DNA from: Candidatus Marinacidobacterium sp.
GTDB lineage: Bacteria; Acidobacteriota; Vicinamibacteria; Marinacidobacterales; Marinacidobacteraceae
DNA: 64,000 nt
Assembly (NCBI GenBank): GCA_965204755.1
Contig: OZ242011.1
Location: 320,001-384,000 of the forward strand
Reading direction: 5' to 3'
Below the pieces are notes generated by a model. The model was given only the letters and a program-made list of their open reading frames with translations. It was not told the DNA's origin and made no database searches. This document shows, piece by piece, positions 1 through 9,244 of this stretch. Each line of letters begins with the position of its first letter. Position 1 is the first letter of the stretch. The translations under genes and the position numbers were made by a program.

Positions 1-721
1 TGAGGTAGGAGGCGTAACGCCAGGTCTGCATGAAGCCCACGCGTTCGGCGTCGTCGAGCCGGGCGCCCAGCCGTTCCGCCTGGAGGAGCATCGTCGCGGA
101 GAAGTTGGCCGAGGCGAGCGCCATGTGGGCGGAACTGAGCGGTATCCCGAAGGCGTCTTCGTCCCAGTCGCCCGAAGTCCGCAGGAGACGCCGGACCCGG
201 GCATGCACCAGCCGGATGCGGACCGAGAGTTTCCAGCCTTCGCCTTCCCGGTCGAGGGCGCCGGGGAGCATGATCTCGATGAAGTGCCGGGTGTTCTGCC
301 GGATGCGGCGCAGCCCGTGCTCGGTGGTGACGCGCCCGGTCCGGTAGAAGGCCTTGCTGATCAGCGTCGCCGCGTTCTGGACGGTTACCACGAAGAACGC
401 GGGAATGAAGAGGTCGGAGTAGGCGTGGAAGGCGCGGCAGCCGGGAACCGCGGCTTCCGGATCGAACCATTCGGGAGGCTCGAACCGGTCGAAGAACTCC
501 CGCAGCGGCGCCGGCGCCCGGTCGAGCGTCTCCCGGTCGCGGTCCATCCCGGCCTCGATGAAGCGGTGCACCGCCTCCGGGTCGAGGGCTTCCAGCGACT
601 CGATCGCCTCGTCGGCCACCGGGTCGCCGACGACGGTGTACTCGAGGTACTTGTCGGCGAGCGCGGGGGCGAGCGCGCGGGCTTCCTCGTAGCGCGCCCG
701 GTAGGCGGTCGGGATGGTCAT
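1..721 (-). CDS. Oxygenase MpaB/DUF2236 family protein (3' end runs off the window)
   Basis: Not in the ORF track; translated by hand from ATG at 721 (MTIPTAYRARYEEAR...GDPVAD...PEWFD...VRIRLVHARVRR...WDEDAFGIPLS...WRYASYL). The RLxHAxVR and WRY motifs fit this heme-protein family. The frame is open to the window edge. Confidence 0.8.
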   Translation of the reverse strand, partial: MTIPTAYRARYEEARALAPALADKYLEYTVVGDPVADEAIESLEALDPEAVHRFIEAGMDRDRETLDRAPAPLREFFDRFEPPEWFDPEAAVPGCRAFHAYSDLFIPAFFVVTVQNAATLISKAFYRTGRVTTEHGLRRIRQNTRHFIEIMLPGALDREGEGWKLSVRIRLVHARVRRLLRTSGDWDEDAFGIPLSSAHMALASANFSATMLLQAERLGARLDDAERVGFMQTWRYASYL

Positions 722-881
722 GGCGGCGCGTCCGCGCGGGTCGCGCCGGCGAAGGCCCGCCGTCGTCCCCGTTGGCCGAAGGAGTCCACGGCGCCCGCGC
801 GGACGGGGAAAGTGTAGTCCTGCGGGTCGCCGCCGGGCCGCCGGGCGAGCGGGAGGAGAGCCGCCGCGCCGGCGATCACCC

Positions 882-2153
882 TCAGTCCGCCGCCCCGCCG
901 CGCGCGGGTTCGCACAGGGACGGCTGCTCTCGCAGGTAGTCCCAGACCGCCTCCGCCACCCAGCGGTGCCCGGTCGGCGAGAAATGGAAGTCCCGCGGGA
1001 ATCGGGATTCCCTTACCTCTCGTCCCTTGCCGGTGATGTCTTCGTACAGGTCGATGACCGGAATCCCGCGCTCCTCGGCCAACTCCCGCATTTCGGCGAT
1101 GCGTTTCGTCCGGAACAGCCAGTGCAGCAGCACGACCAGGTGGAATCGGTCGCGAACGGCGCGCGCCTGGAACTCATCGAGCGCGAAGGCGGTGAACTCG
1201 ATCGCCTCCTCGACCACCGGCGGCGGCCGGACCCCGGTGCTTCGCGCCAGGGTCATGGTGGAGGTCATCTCCCCGGACAGCATCAACCGCTGGGGCCGCC
1301 AGCCGCGAAGGGGCGGCGTGTCCGGGGCCAGCCGCCGCCACCGCCGCCGCGCCCGCCACCGGTAGTAGTCCAGCCGGGCCTCGGAGGCGAGGTTGTGGCC
1401 GTCCATCCGGCCCCACAGGTACGACTTCTCGCGCAGCCAGGAGCGGAGCCCGCTCCGGTAGCGGTCATAGGCGCCGATCCACTCGCGAACCGCCGGGGAC
1501 GACCCGTCGGGCAGCCGCAGTCGGAGGGCCCCGTCCGCGCCGCGGGAGACCTGCGCGTACAACTCCGCGACCTGCCGACCGTAGTTCACCTCCCACCAGG
1601 CGCCGGTGTTCCCTTCGAAGTCGTTCGTCGCGGCGACGAGGACCACCACCCGCGGTTTCCGGGGCCGGACGAAGGCGTCGTAGAGCGGGATCTGCTGGAC
1701 GGTCCCGGTGCCCCGTCTCGCGTAGGCCGCGGTGGTGATGTCCAGGTCCGGCCGCTCGCGCGCCGCGAGCGCTTCGAGGGCGACCTGCATCTTGTCCGGC
1801 ACGGCGACCCCGGTCCCCTCGGTGAAGGAGTCCCCGATGAGGGCGATGTGGCAACTCGATACGGCCCGCTCCGCCGATACCGGCTCGCGGTCGAGGAAAC
1901 CGAAGCGGTTCGCCCTCGAGATCGTCCAGTAATCGCGGAGGTTCGTCCACCGCACTTCTTCGTGGGGTATCGGCAGGACGCCGACTTCCGGGACGAACCG
2001 GATCGGGTATCGGCTCGAGACGAAGGGGAAGGACCGGCGCAGCCGCACCTCGAGGACGAGCGCGACCGCGCCGACGCCGAGCAGTCCCAGCAACAGGTTC
2101 GCCGCGGCGATTCGCCCGAACCGGGCCGACCGCCCCCCGCTCCTCGGCGCCAC
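882..2153 (-). CDS. Membrane-anchored SGNH/GDSL-fold protein (AlgX/AlgJ-like esterase or O-acetyltransferase), paralogue A
   Basis: C-terminal part of ORF 882..3125. N-terminal TM (NLLLGLLGVGAVALVLEV), block I IGDSFTEG, block III ATND, block V DFHFS. GTG start at 2153 is inferred. Confidence 0.75.
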   Translation of the reverse strand: MAPRSGGRSARFGRIAAANLLLGLLGVGAVALVLEVRLRRSFPFVSSRYPIRFVPEVGVLPIPHEEVRWTNLRDYWTISRANRFGFLDREPVSAERAVSSCHIALIGDSFTEGTGVAVPDKMQVALEALAARERPDLDITTAAYARRGTGTVQQIPLYDAFVRPRKPRVVVLVAATNDFEGNTGAWWEVNYGRQVAELYAQVSRGADGALRLRLPDGSSPAVREWIGAYDRYRSGLRSWLREKSYLWGRMDGHNLASEARLDYYRWRARRRWRRLAPDTPPLRGWRPQRLMLSGEMTSTMTLARSTGVRPPPVVEEAIEFTAFALDEFQARAVRDRFHLVVLLHWLFRTKRIAEMRELAEERGIPVIDLYEDITGKGREVRESRFPRDFHFSPTGHRWVAEAVWDYLREQPSLCEPARGGAAD

Positions 2154-2188
2154 GCCGCGCCCCCTCCGATGTCCCTGCCCGGCGCCCG

Positions 2189-4717
2189 CTATTCGACGAC
2201 GCGGATCTCGGCTCTCCATACACCGTCCCCGCCGACGATGTATTGACCGGTCGCGATGCGCGAGACCGGATACTCCGGAAGCGCCGCCCGCGCCACGCAC
2301 CTCCCGTCGAAACGCCAACCCTCGTCCGCGAACCAGAAGTCCCGGTTGGCGAAGCCGTACCGCGCGCGGTCCTCCGGCAGGACCGACGCTTCGGCGTAGA
2401 GGTGCAGGAAGAACCTCGCTTCCGTGTCGGCCGGCGAGCAGGACTCCCGGAGATACAGGATCCGGTTCCCGTCGAGATAGATGTCGAACTCCGAACGGGC
2501 GCGCGCCTCCCCGGCGGCGCCGGACGCCATCCGTTCGTAGATCGGCTCGTACACCCGCCGCTTCAGCGCCTCCGGCGAGAGTTCCGCGCTCCATGCCCGC
2601 GCCGCCCCGGGGACGCCCTGGCCGGTGTGCACCTCGTCGAAGTCGTGGAGCGAGCCCGGCGCCACCGCCACGCAGGTCCCGTCCACGACCGCCCCGTAGT
2701 CCGAAAACCGGAACGGCCGATCTTCGAACGGCCGGTCCTCGAACGCAGCCGAAACCGGCGCGCCGTCCGCCCCTTCGGGCGGCGGGCGGCGAAGGCGCAG
2801 GCGGAACGCCGCCGCCACATCCGCCGGTGAGCAGGGTTCCTTCACATAGTAGAGGGACTCCCCGTCGCCGTAGAGGTCGAAAACCGAGCGGACCGCCGGT
2901 TCGCCGAAGCCGCCGGAGCGAATCGTCTCGTGGATCTTCCGCCAGCGGTCGTCGGCGGGCTCGCTCGACCGGTTCACCCGCAGGATGACGCCGTCGGATA
3001 CATCCACGAGCGGCTCGAGGCCCGGCGTCATGCCGAGGAGCGGCGGGCCGTAGCCGTAGCCCCGATTGCTCTCGGCGAAGCGGAACCAGACGACCCAGGC
3101 GCCTTCCGGGGCGTCCTCGAACCATTCCGACAATACCTGCGGCGTTACATGGCCGTCGGCGGTCGGCGCGAGGCCGCCGCGCTTCGGCAGCGGCGAGAAC
3201 CCGCGGCCGCCGGAGGTGTACAGGTATGCCAGCGCCGGCCGGTTGGAATAGATGCGAAGCGGCGTCGGCGTGTGCAGGATGAAACTCAGGGTCTCGGATT
3301 CATACGGGTAGCGCGGCGTGAAGCCGGCGCGGAAGTCCGCTTCCTCCGTTTCGAGGCGCTCGATCTCGCGGGCGCCCGGAACCGCCTGCCCGGCGACCCA
3401 CAGGGTGAGCGCCGCCATCACCGCGCGGGCCGGCCCGCTGAGCGCGTCGAACCGGTCGAGGGCGCCGGTGATACCCGCGGCCGGCGGCTCGCCGGCCGGG
3501 AGATCCAGGTCGCGGCTCGGCTCGTCCCGGAGGAACCGGTCGAAGCCGAAGGCCGCCGCGAGCACCAGGGCGAGATAGACCGGCCCGAGCAGCCCCTCTT
3601 CCGCGGCGTGGGCCGCCGCCCCGAAGCGGAACGCCAGCGCCGCGACCCCGGTATGGACCGCCGCGAACCCGAGGAACACCGGGACCGCCCGGGAGGGCGC
3701 CGCGCTCCGCGCCGGCCCGCCGGCCTTCTTCCCGGTCTTCTTCCCGGTCTTCTTCCCGGTCTTCCTTCTCGCCGCAGCGGAAACGACGAGCGCCCCGGAG
3801 GCCATCGCCGCCAGCGTGAAGACCTCCCAGCCCCCGGAAGCGGAGGGGAGGAAGTTCACTTCGGCCCAACCCGAAAAGACCCGGAGCAGCCCGCCCGGCC
3901 CCTCCGGCCGCGAGTACCAGGCCGGCGCCCCGCTCCCGGGCAGCGAGACCGCCCAGGGGAGGAGCGCAACCGCCGCGGCGCCGCCGAGAACGGCCCGCCG
4001 CGCCAGCGTCGCCCGCCGGTCGAGGAGCAGCGCGGCGCCCACCGCGCCGACCAGCGCGGCGACCCCCAGGTACTGCGTCCAGCAGGCCAGCGCGGCGAAG
4101 GCCGCCGCGCCGACGAGCGACGCCGGTCGCCCCCGCTCCAGGTACTCCTCGGTCCGGATCATGGCCAGCGCGGACAGCAGCAGGAAGAGCGGCCCCGGGA
4201 GCGCGAAGCGGGACATCTCCAGCAGCGGGAGGGCCGCCGCCAAGGCGAACGGCGCCCATACCCGCAGGAACCCGGAGTCGAGGCGCCGACCCAGGTAGCG
4301 CCCGACCACGAACACCGTGGCGCCAAACAGCGCGGCGTTCAGCCATACCGCTATCTCGACCGGGTCGATCCAGGCCGGGCTGAAGAGCGTCAGCAGGAGC
4401 GGGTAGAGCGGCGGCCCCAGCGGGACTTCCGGGGTGGCGAAGCCGACGAAGCCCGCGCCGTCCCAGTAGTTCCGGGCCGCGGAGACCAGGTGGACGGCGC
4501 GCCCGGTGAGCCCCGCGCCGTCTTCCGTCTCGCGCCAGAGGACGAGGGCGGCCCCGAGCGCGGACGCCGCGGCAGCCGGGACGCTCCGCCAGCCGGCCCG
4601 CCGCGTCGGCGATTCCCCCCCTGCGTCCTCCCCTGCAGCGGGCCGCCCTCCCGCCGGAATCCCCCCGCCGAAGTCCGACGGGGGCCCCTCCTCCGCCGCC
4701 TTTCCCGATCCTCGCAT
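2189..4717 (-). CDS. Multi-TM GT-C-type (ArnT/PMT-like) glycosyltransferase with a duplicated C-terminal extracytoplasmic module
   Basis: PPLYPLLL motif, about 11 hydrophobic segments, then two copies of an approximately 100 aa Cys-containing module. ATG at 4717 preferred over TTG at 4729. Confidence 0.65.
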   Translation of the reverse strand: MRGSGKAAEEGPPSDFGGGIPAGGRPAAGEDAGGESPTRRAGWRSVPAAAASALGAALVLWRETEDGAGLTGRAVHLVSAARNYWDGAGFVGFATPEVPLGPPLYPLLLTLFSPAWIDPVEIAVWLNAALFGATVFVVGRYLGRRLDSGFLRVWAPFALAAALPLLEMSRFALPGPLFLLLSALAMIRTEEYLERGRPASLVGAAAFAALACWTQYLGVAALVGAVGAALLLDRRATLARRAVLGGAAAVALLPWAVSLPGSGAPAWYSRPEGPGGLLRVFSGWAEVNFLPSASGGWEVFTLAAMASGALVVSAAARRKTGKKTGKKTGKKAGGPARSAAPSRAVPVFLGFAAVHTGVAALAFRFGAAAHAAEEGLLGPVYLALVLAAAFGFDRFLRDEPSRDLDLPAGEPPAAGITGALDRFDALSGPARAVMAALTLWVAGQAVPGAREIERLETEEADFRAGFTPRYPYESETLSFILHTPTPLRIYSNRPALAYLYTSGGRGFSPLPKRGGLAPTADGHVTPQVLSEWFEDAPEGAWVVWFRFAESNRGYGYGPPLLGMTPGLEPLVDVSDGVILRVNRSSEPADDRWRKIHETIRSGGFGEPAVRSVFDLYGDGESLYYVKEPCSPADVAAAFRLRLRRPPPEGADGAPVSAAFEDRPFEDRPFRFSDYGAVVDGTCVAVAPGSLHDFDEVHTGQGVPGAARAWSAELSPEALKRRVYEPIYERMASGAAGEARARSEFDIYLDGNRILYLRESCSPADTEARFFLHLYAEASVLPEDRARYGFANRDFWFADEGWRFDGRCVARAALPEYPVSRIATGQYIVGGDGVWRAEIRVVE

Positions 4718-4793
4718 CGCGGCTTCCAATGGTACCGACGAGACCCCGACGGGCGGGACTCGCGTCTTCCCGCGGCGCCCGGCGCGCCGGCGA

Positions 4794-7700
4794 TCAGCGG
4801 AAACGCGGCGCCGGTCCCCGGCCGGCCGGGGAGCGGAGGTCGGCGGCGAGGGTGAAGAGGACCGGGACGAGGATCAGCGTCACCGCCGTGGCGAACGCCA
4901 CGCCGAACGCCAGCGAAGCCGCCATCGGGACCAGGAACTGCGCCTGGACGCTCCGCTCCGCCAGCAGCGGCGCGAGTCCGGCGCAGGTGGTCAGCGTGGT
5001 CAGGACCACCGCGCGGAAGCGCCGCGGCCCGGCCCGGAGCGCGGCCTCCCGGACGCCGTCCCCCCGGCGGATCCGGCCGTTCATGAAGTGGAGCAGGACC
5101 AGCGCGTCGTTCACCACGATGCCGATGAGGGGCGCCATGCCGAAGAAACTGGTGACGCCGAGGCTCACCCCCAGCACCCAGTGCCCGAAGACCGCCCCGG
5201 CCAGCCCGAAGGGGACGGCGGCGAGGATCACGAACGGCTGGCCCCAGGACGAGAGCGGCGCGGCGAGCAGGACATAGATGAGCAGGACGGCGAGCAGCGT
5301 CTGCCGGCCGAGCGCGGCGATGGTGTCGTTCGCTTCGCCGGTGAAGCCCACCACCTCGAAGCGGAGGCCGGGGAACCGCTCCTCCCACTCGGGGAACAGG
5401 GCCTCCCGGACCTCGGCCAGGATCGCGCTGGCCGAGGCGGCCGCCGGGTCCACGCCGGCGTCCACCGTGGCCGCCCGCCGCCCGTCCACCCGGCGGATGA
5501 CCGAGTAGCCCTCTTCCCGGGCGAGGGCCGCCACTTCGCCGAGCGGCGCCCCGCCGCCCCCGGCGCGGCCCCGCACCCGCATCGAGGCGAGGCGCCCGAG
5601 GCTCCCCCGTTCGGCGGCGGCGTAGCGGAGGACGACCGGGACTTCGTCCGGGCCGCGCTGGATCCGCTGCACTTCCTCGCCGTGGAACGCCTGGCGCACC
5701 TGCCGGCCGAACTCGGCGGCCCCGATCCCCACCCCCGCCCCGCCGGGCCGCGCCCGCGCCACGAACTCGGGGGCGCCGCTCTCCAGGTCGTCCGAGACCA
5801 GGACGACGCCCGGGTACTCCCGCAGCCGGGAGCGCGCCTCGGCGGTCGCCTCGACCAGCGCGTCACCGTCATCGTCACCGCCGCTGATCCGGATCGAGAG
5901 GTCCGCCGACTCGCCGAGGAGCGAAGTCGAGACGGTGACTTCCGCGCCGCCCGGCAAGTCCCGGACCTCCGCGCGCAGCCGGTCGGCGATCCGGCGGGTC
6001 GAGACCTCCGGCCGCTCGCCGGCCGACCGGAGTTCCCAGTTGAGTTGACCCACCGAGGCGCCCTCGCGGGCCGCGTCCCCGCCCATCGCCCCGCCGGGGC
6101 CGGACGGGAGTTGCCGGCCCGCGAGCGCCGCGAGGCTGCCGTGGATCCGGACGCCGCTCCCGGTCTCGACTTCCTCCCGCACCCGGCCGACGGCCGCTTC
6201 GAGGTCCGCCATCACCCGGCGCGTCGCTTCGGCGGAAGACCCCGGGGGGAGCCGCGCCCGGACGACCACAGTGTCCCGGTCGAAGAGCGGCGCGGGCTCC
6301 ACCGGCACCCAGCCGCCCCGCGCGAGGCCGGCGGCGAGCGCCAGCCAGAGGACGAAGAGCGAAAGCGCCGCCGCCCGGTTGTCGAGGGCGAACCGGAGCG
6401 CCGGGAGATAAGCGACGCGGACCGTCGCCTCGAACAGCCCCTGCGCCCGGCCCCGGATCCGGGCCAGCAGCGGGCTGGGGCGGACGCCGAGGCCGCCGCG
6501 CGCCAGGTGGCGCGGGAGGATCCAGGCGCTTTCCAGCAGGGAGAAGGCGAGCACCGGGATCACGATCCGGGGGAGCGTCCCGATGAGTTCGCCCCAGACT
6601 CCGGGGAGGCCGAACAGCGGCGTGAACGCCGCCATCGTGGTGAGCACCCCGAAGACCACCGGCGCGAGCACCTGCCGCGCGCCCCGGACCGCCGCTTCCG
6701 CCGGGGGGCGCTTTCCCCGCTCCAGCCCCCGCCAGACATTCTCCCCGACCACGATGGCGTCGTCCACGACGATGCCGAGCGTGAGGATGAAGGCGAACAG
6801 GCTGATCATGTTCACGGTTACCGAGAGGCCGGGCATGAGCAGGAACGCCCCGAAGAACGACACCGGGAGCCCGGCGGCGGTCCAGACCGCGAGCCGGGTG
6901 GACAGCGTGAAGAAGAGCAGCAGGAAGATCAGCGCGAGCCCCTGGAGGCCGTTCCGGACGAGGACTTCCATCCGGCTCTCGAAGAGCCGCCAGGAGTTGA
7001 ACCAGGGCGTAACCGACAACCCTTCCGGGAGGGGGAACCCGGACACCCGGTCGAGCACCGCGTTCGTCGCGTCGAGCAGCCGCGCCCCCGGCGCCAGGGT
7101 GGCGCCCAGGAACACCGCCGGCTCGCCGTCGAACCGCGCCTCCCGGTCCGCGTCGGCGAAGCCGTCGGTGACCGCGGCGAGGTCGCCCACCGTCACCACC
7201 CCGCCCTCCGGCGTCGCGATCACCGGCAGCCGCTCGTAGTCGGCGGCGGTGGTCGCGCCCGCGGCGGTCCGGAGCCGGACTTCCCGATCCCCGGAGCGGA
7301 GCCGGCCGCCGGGGATGTCGGCGGATCCCGCGCGGATCGCCTCGGCCAGCCGGTCGAACCCCAGGCCGAACCGGACGAGCGCCGCCTCGGTGGTCTCGAT
7401 GGAGATCTCGTAGTCGCGGCCGCTCTCCCGCCTCACCGCCCCCACGCCGGGAACGGCGGCGACCGCTTCCTCGACCAGGCGGGCCGCTTCCCGGAGGCTC
7501 CGCTCGTCCGCCTCGCCGTGGACGGCGAGCCGCAGCAGCAGCCGCTCCGGCGAGACCTCGGAGACCACCGGGGTCTCCGCCTCCGCCGGCAGGGCGGCGA
7601 GCGCGCCCACCCGCTCCCGGACCTCGTCGCCGACGGCGCGGAGGTCGGCCCGGGAGGCCAGTTGGAGGGTGAGCGTCCCGAACCCTTCGGCGGCGACGCC

Positions 7701-8057
7701 GACCGTCTCCTCCACCCCTTCGAGCCCGGCGACCGCCTCTTCGAGGCGCAGCAGCACGCCTTCCTCCACGGCGGGGGCGCTCGCGCCGGGGAACGCCACC
7801 CGGATGGAGATCGCCGAGGAGCCGGTGTCCGGGACCAACTCCTGGGGGATGCCGCCGAGGGTGAAGAAGCCGGCGAGCGAGATCCCGAAGAACAGGAGGT
7901 TCGCCGCCACCCGGTTCTCGACGAACCAGGCGACGACTCCCTTCGGGCGCCCTGTCGGACGGGCTGTCGGACGGGCTGTCGGACGGGCTGTCGGACGGGC
8001 TGTCGGGCGGCCCCCCGCCCGGCCCGGCGGGGCGGGAGCGTCCGGGCCCGGACTCAC
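4794..8057 (-). CDS. RND efflux permease (AcrB/AcrD/AcrF family)
   Basis: AWFVENRVAANLL start, LGIVVDDAIVVGENV, GIVVNDALVL, RFRAVVLTTLTT. GTG start overlaps the upstream TGA (GTGA at 8054-8057), giving 1087 aa. Confidence 0.95.
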   Translation of the reverse strand: MSPGPDAPAPPGRAGGRPTARPTARPTARPTARPTGRPKGVVAWFVENRVAANLLFFGISLAGFFTLGGIPQELVPDTGSSAISIRVAFPGASAPAVEEGVLLRLEEAVAGLEGVEETVGVAAEGFGTLTLQLASRADLRAVGDEVRERVGALAALPAEAETPVVSEVSPERLLLRLAVHGEADERSLREAARLVEEAVAAVPGVGAVRRESGRDYEISIETTEAALVRFGLGFDRLAEAIRAGSADIPGGRLRSGDREVRLRTAAGATTAADYERLPVIATPEGGVVTVGDLAAVTDGFADADREARFDGEPAVFLGATLAPGARLLDATNAVLDRVSGFPLPEGLSVTPWFNSWRLFESRMEVLVRNGLQGLALIFLLLFFTLSTRLAVWTAAGLPVSFFGAFLLMPGLSVTVNMISLFAFILTLGIVVDDAIVVGENVWRGLERGKRPPAEAAVRGARQVLAPVVFGVLTTMAAFTPLFGLPGVWGELIGTLPRIVIPVLAFSLLESAWILPRHLARGGLGVRPSPLLARIRGRAQGLFEATVRVAYLPALRFALDNRAAALSLFVLWLALAAGLARGGWVPVEPAPLFDRDTVVVRARLPPGSSAEATRRVMADLEAAVGRVREEVETGSGVRIHGSLAALAGRQLPSGPGGAMGGDAAREGASVGQLNWELRSAGERPEVSTRRIADRLRAEVRDLPGGAEVTVSTSLLGESADLSIRISGGDDDGDALVEATAEARSRLREYPGVVLVSDDLESGAPEFVARARPGGAGVGIGAAEFGRQVRQAFHGEEVQRIQRGPDEVPVVLRYAAAERGSLGRLASMRVRGRAGGGGAPLGEVAALAREEGYSVIRRVDGRRAATVDAGVDPAAASASAILAEVREALFPEWEERFPGLRFEVVGFTGEANDTIAALGRQTLLAVLLIYVLLAAPLSSWGQPFVILAAVPFGLAGAVFGHWVLGVSLGVTSFFGMAPLIGIVVNDALVLLHFMNGRIRRGDGVREAALRAGPRRFRAVVLTTLTTCAGLAPLLAERSVQAQFLVPMAASLAFGVAFATAVTLILVPVLFTLAADLRSPAGRGPAPRFR

Positions 8058-9244
8058 CGGGCGGGCGGCTCGCCGCCCGGCGGCGGGGCCGCGGCTTCCA
8101 CGCGGACGAGCATCCCCTCGGCGACGACCGCCGGCGGCGCGGTTACCACCCGCTCCCCGTCGGCCAGCCCCGACCGGACCAGCGCGCGGCCGTCCTCGAG
8201 GGGCGTCCGGAGGGCGTCCACCGCGCGGAGGCGGAGGCGGTCGCCGCCGTCCACGACGAGGACCGCGCCGTCTTCGCGGAAGGCGCTCTCCGGGAGGGAC
8301 GCCGCGCCGGGGAACTCCCTCCCTTCGATCAGGACCTCGACCGAAGAGCCGAAGACCAGCGGCGGGCCGCCGTCCGGGGCCGGGCGGTAGGGCCGGGCGA
8401 CTTCGACGACGGCGGAGAAGAACCGGGTGGCGGGGTCCACCTCCGCCTCCACCCGGACGAGCCGGCCTTCCCGGACGCCCCGGGGCGAGGCGTCCGGCGC
8501 CCCGGAGACGGGAACCAGCCGGGCGCGGGGCCCCGGCCCCGACCGGGCGCCGCCGATCGGCGCCTCCACCAGGGCGGCGGCCTCGTCCGGCAGGGAGACG
8601 CGCACTTCGGCGGTCTCGACGGAGAGGAGTTCCACGAGCGCCCGGCCCGGCGCCGCCCACTCGCCCACTTCGACCGACCGCTCGCCGACCAGCCCGGCGC
8701 GGGGCGCGAGGACTTCGGTGCGCTCGAGGTCGCGCTCGGCGGTCGCGAGCGCGGCGCGGGCGGCGCGGAGGGCCGCTTCGGCCGCCGCGAGTTGGGGTTG
8801 CCGGAGCGCCAGCGGATCGGGATCGGCGCCGGTCTCTTCGGCCCACTCCGCCCGCGCCAGGCCGGCGGCGGCCCGCTCCCGGGCGGCGAGCAACTCGGCC
8901 TCGGCCAGGGCGCTCTCCGCCCGGGCCACCCGGAGTTCGTAGTCGAGCGGCTCGATGCGGAAGAGCGCCGCCCCGGCCTCCACCCGGGCGCCGTTCCGGA
9001 GGCCGGGGGCGGCCCAGGCGACCCTCCCGGCCACTTCGGCGGCGAGGGTGGTCCGGCGCGCCGGACGGACGACGCCGTAGGCGCGCGCGACCGGTCGGCG
9101 CGGCGCGAGCCGGACGGTCTCCACCCGGACGGCGGGCGGGAGCGGCTCGCTCCGGCCGGCGACCGGTTCGGGGCCGAGCGCGGTGAGCAGCGCGAACAGC
9201 CCGGCGGCGGCCGCCAGGATCGGGAGGAACAGGAACCGCCTCAT
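8054..9244 (-). CDS. RND periplasmic adaptor (membrane fusion protein)
   Basis: MRRFLFLPILAAAAG anchor, lipoyl halves (EVAGRV...G, TEVLAPRAGLV...VEVG), helical hairpin, VDPATR. ATGA overlap with the outer-membrane factor stop. Confidence 0.92.
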   Translation of the reverse strand: MRRFLFLPILAAAAGLFALLTALGPEPVAGRSEPLPPAVRVETVRLAPRRPVARAYGVVRPARRTTLAAEVAGRVAWAAPGLRNGARVEAGAALFRIEPLDYELRVARAESALAEAELLAARERAAAGLARAEWAEETGADPDPLALRQPQLAAAEAALRAARAALATAERDLERTEVLAPRAGLVGERSVEVGEWAAPGRALVELLSVETAEVRVSLPDEAAALVEAPIGGARSGPGPRARLVPVSGAPDASPRGVREGRLVRVEAEVDPATRFFSAVVEVARPYRPAPDGGPPLVFGSSVEVLIEGREFPGAASLPESAFREDGAVLVVDGGDRLRLRAVDALRTPLEDGRALVRSGLADGERVVTAPPAVVAEGMLVRVEAAAPPPGGEPPAR

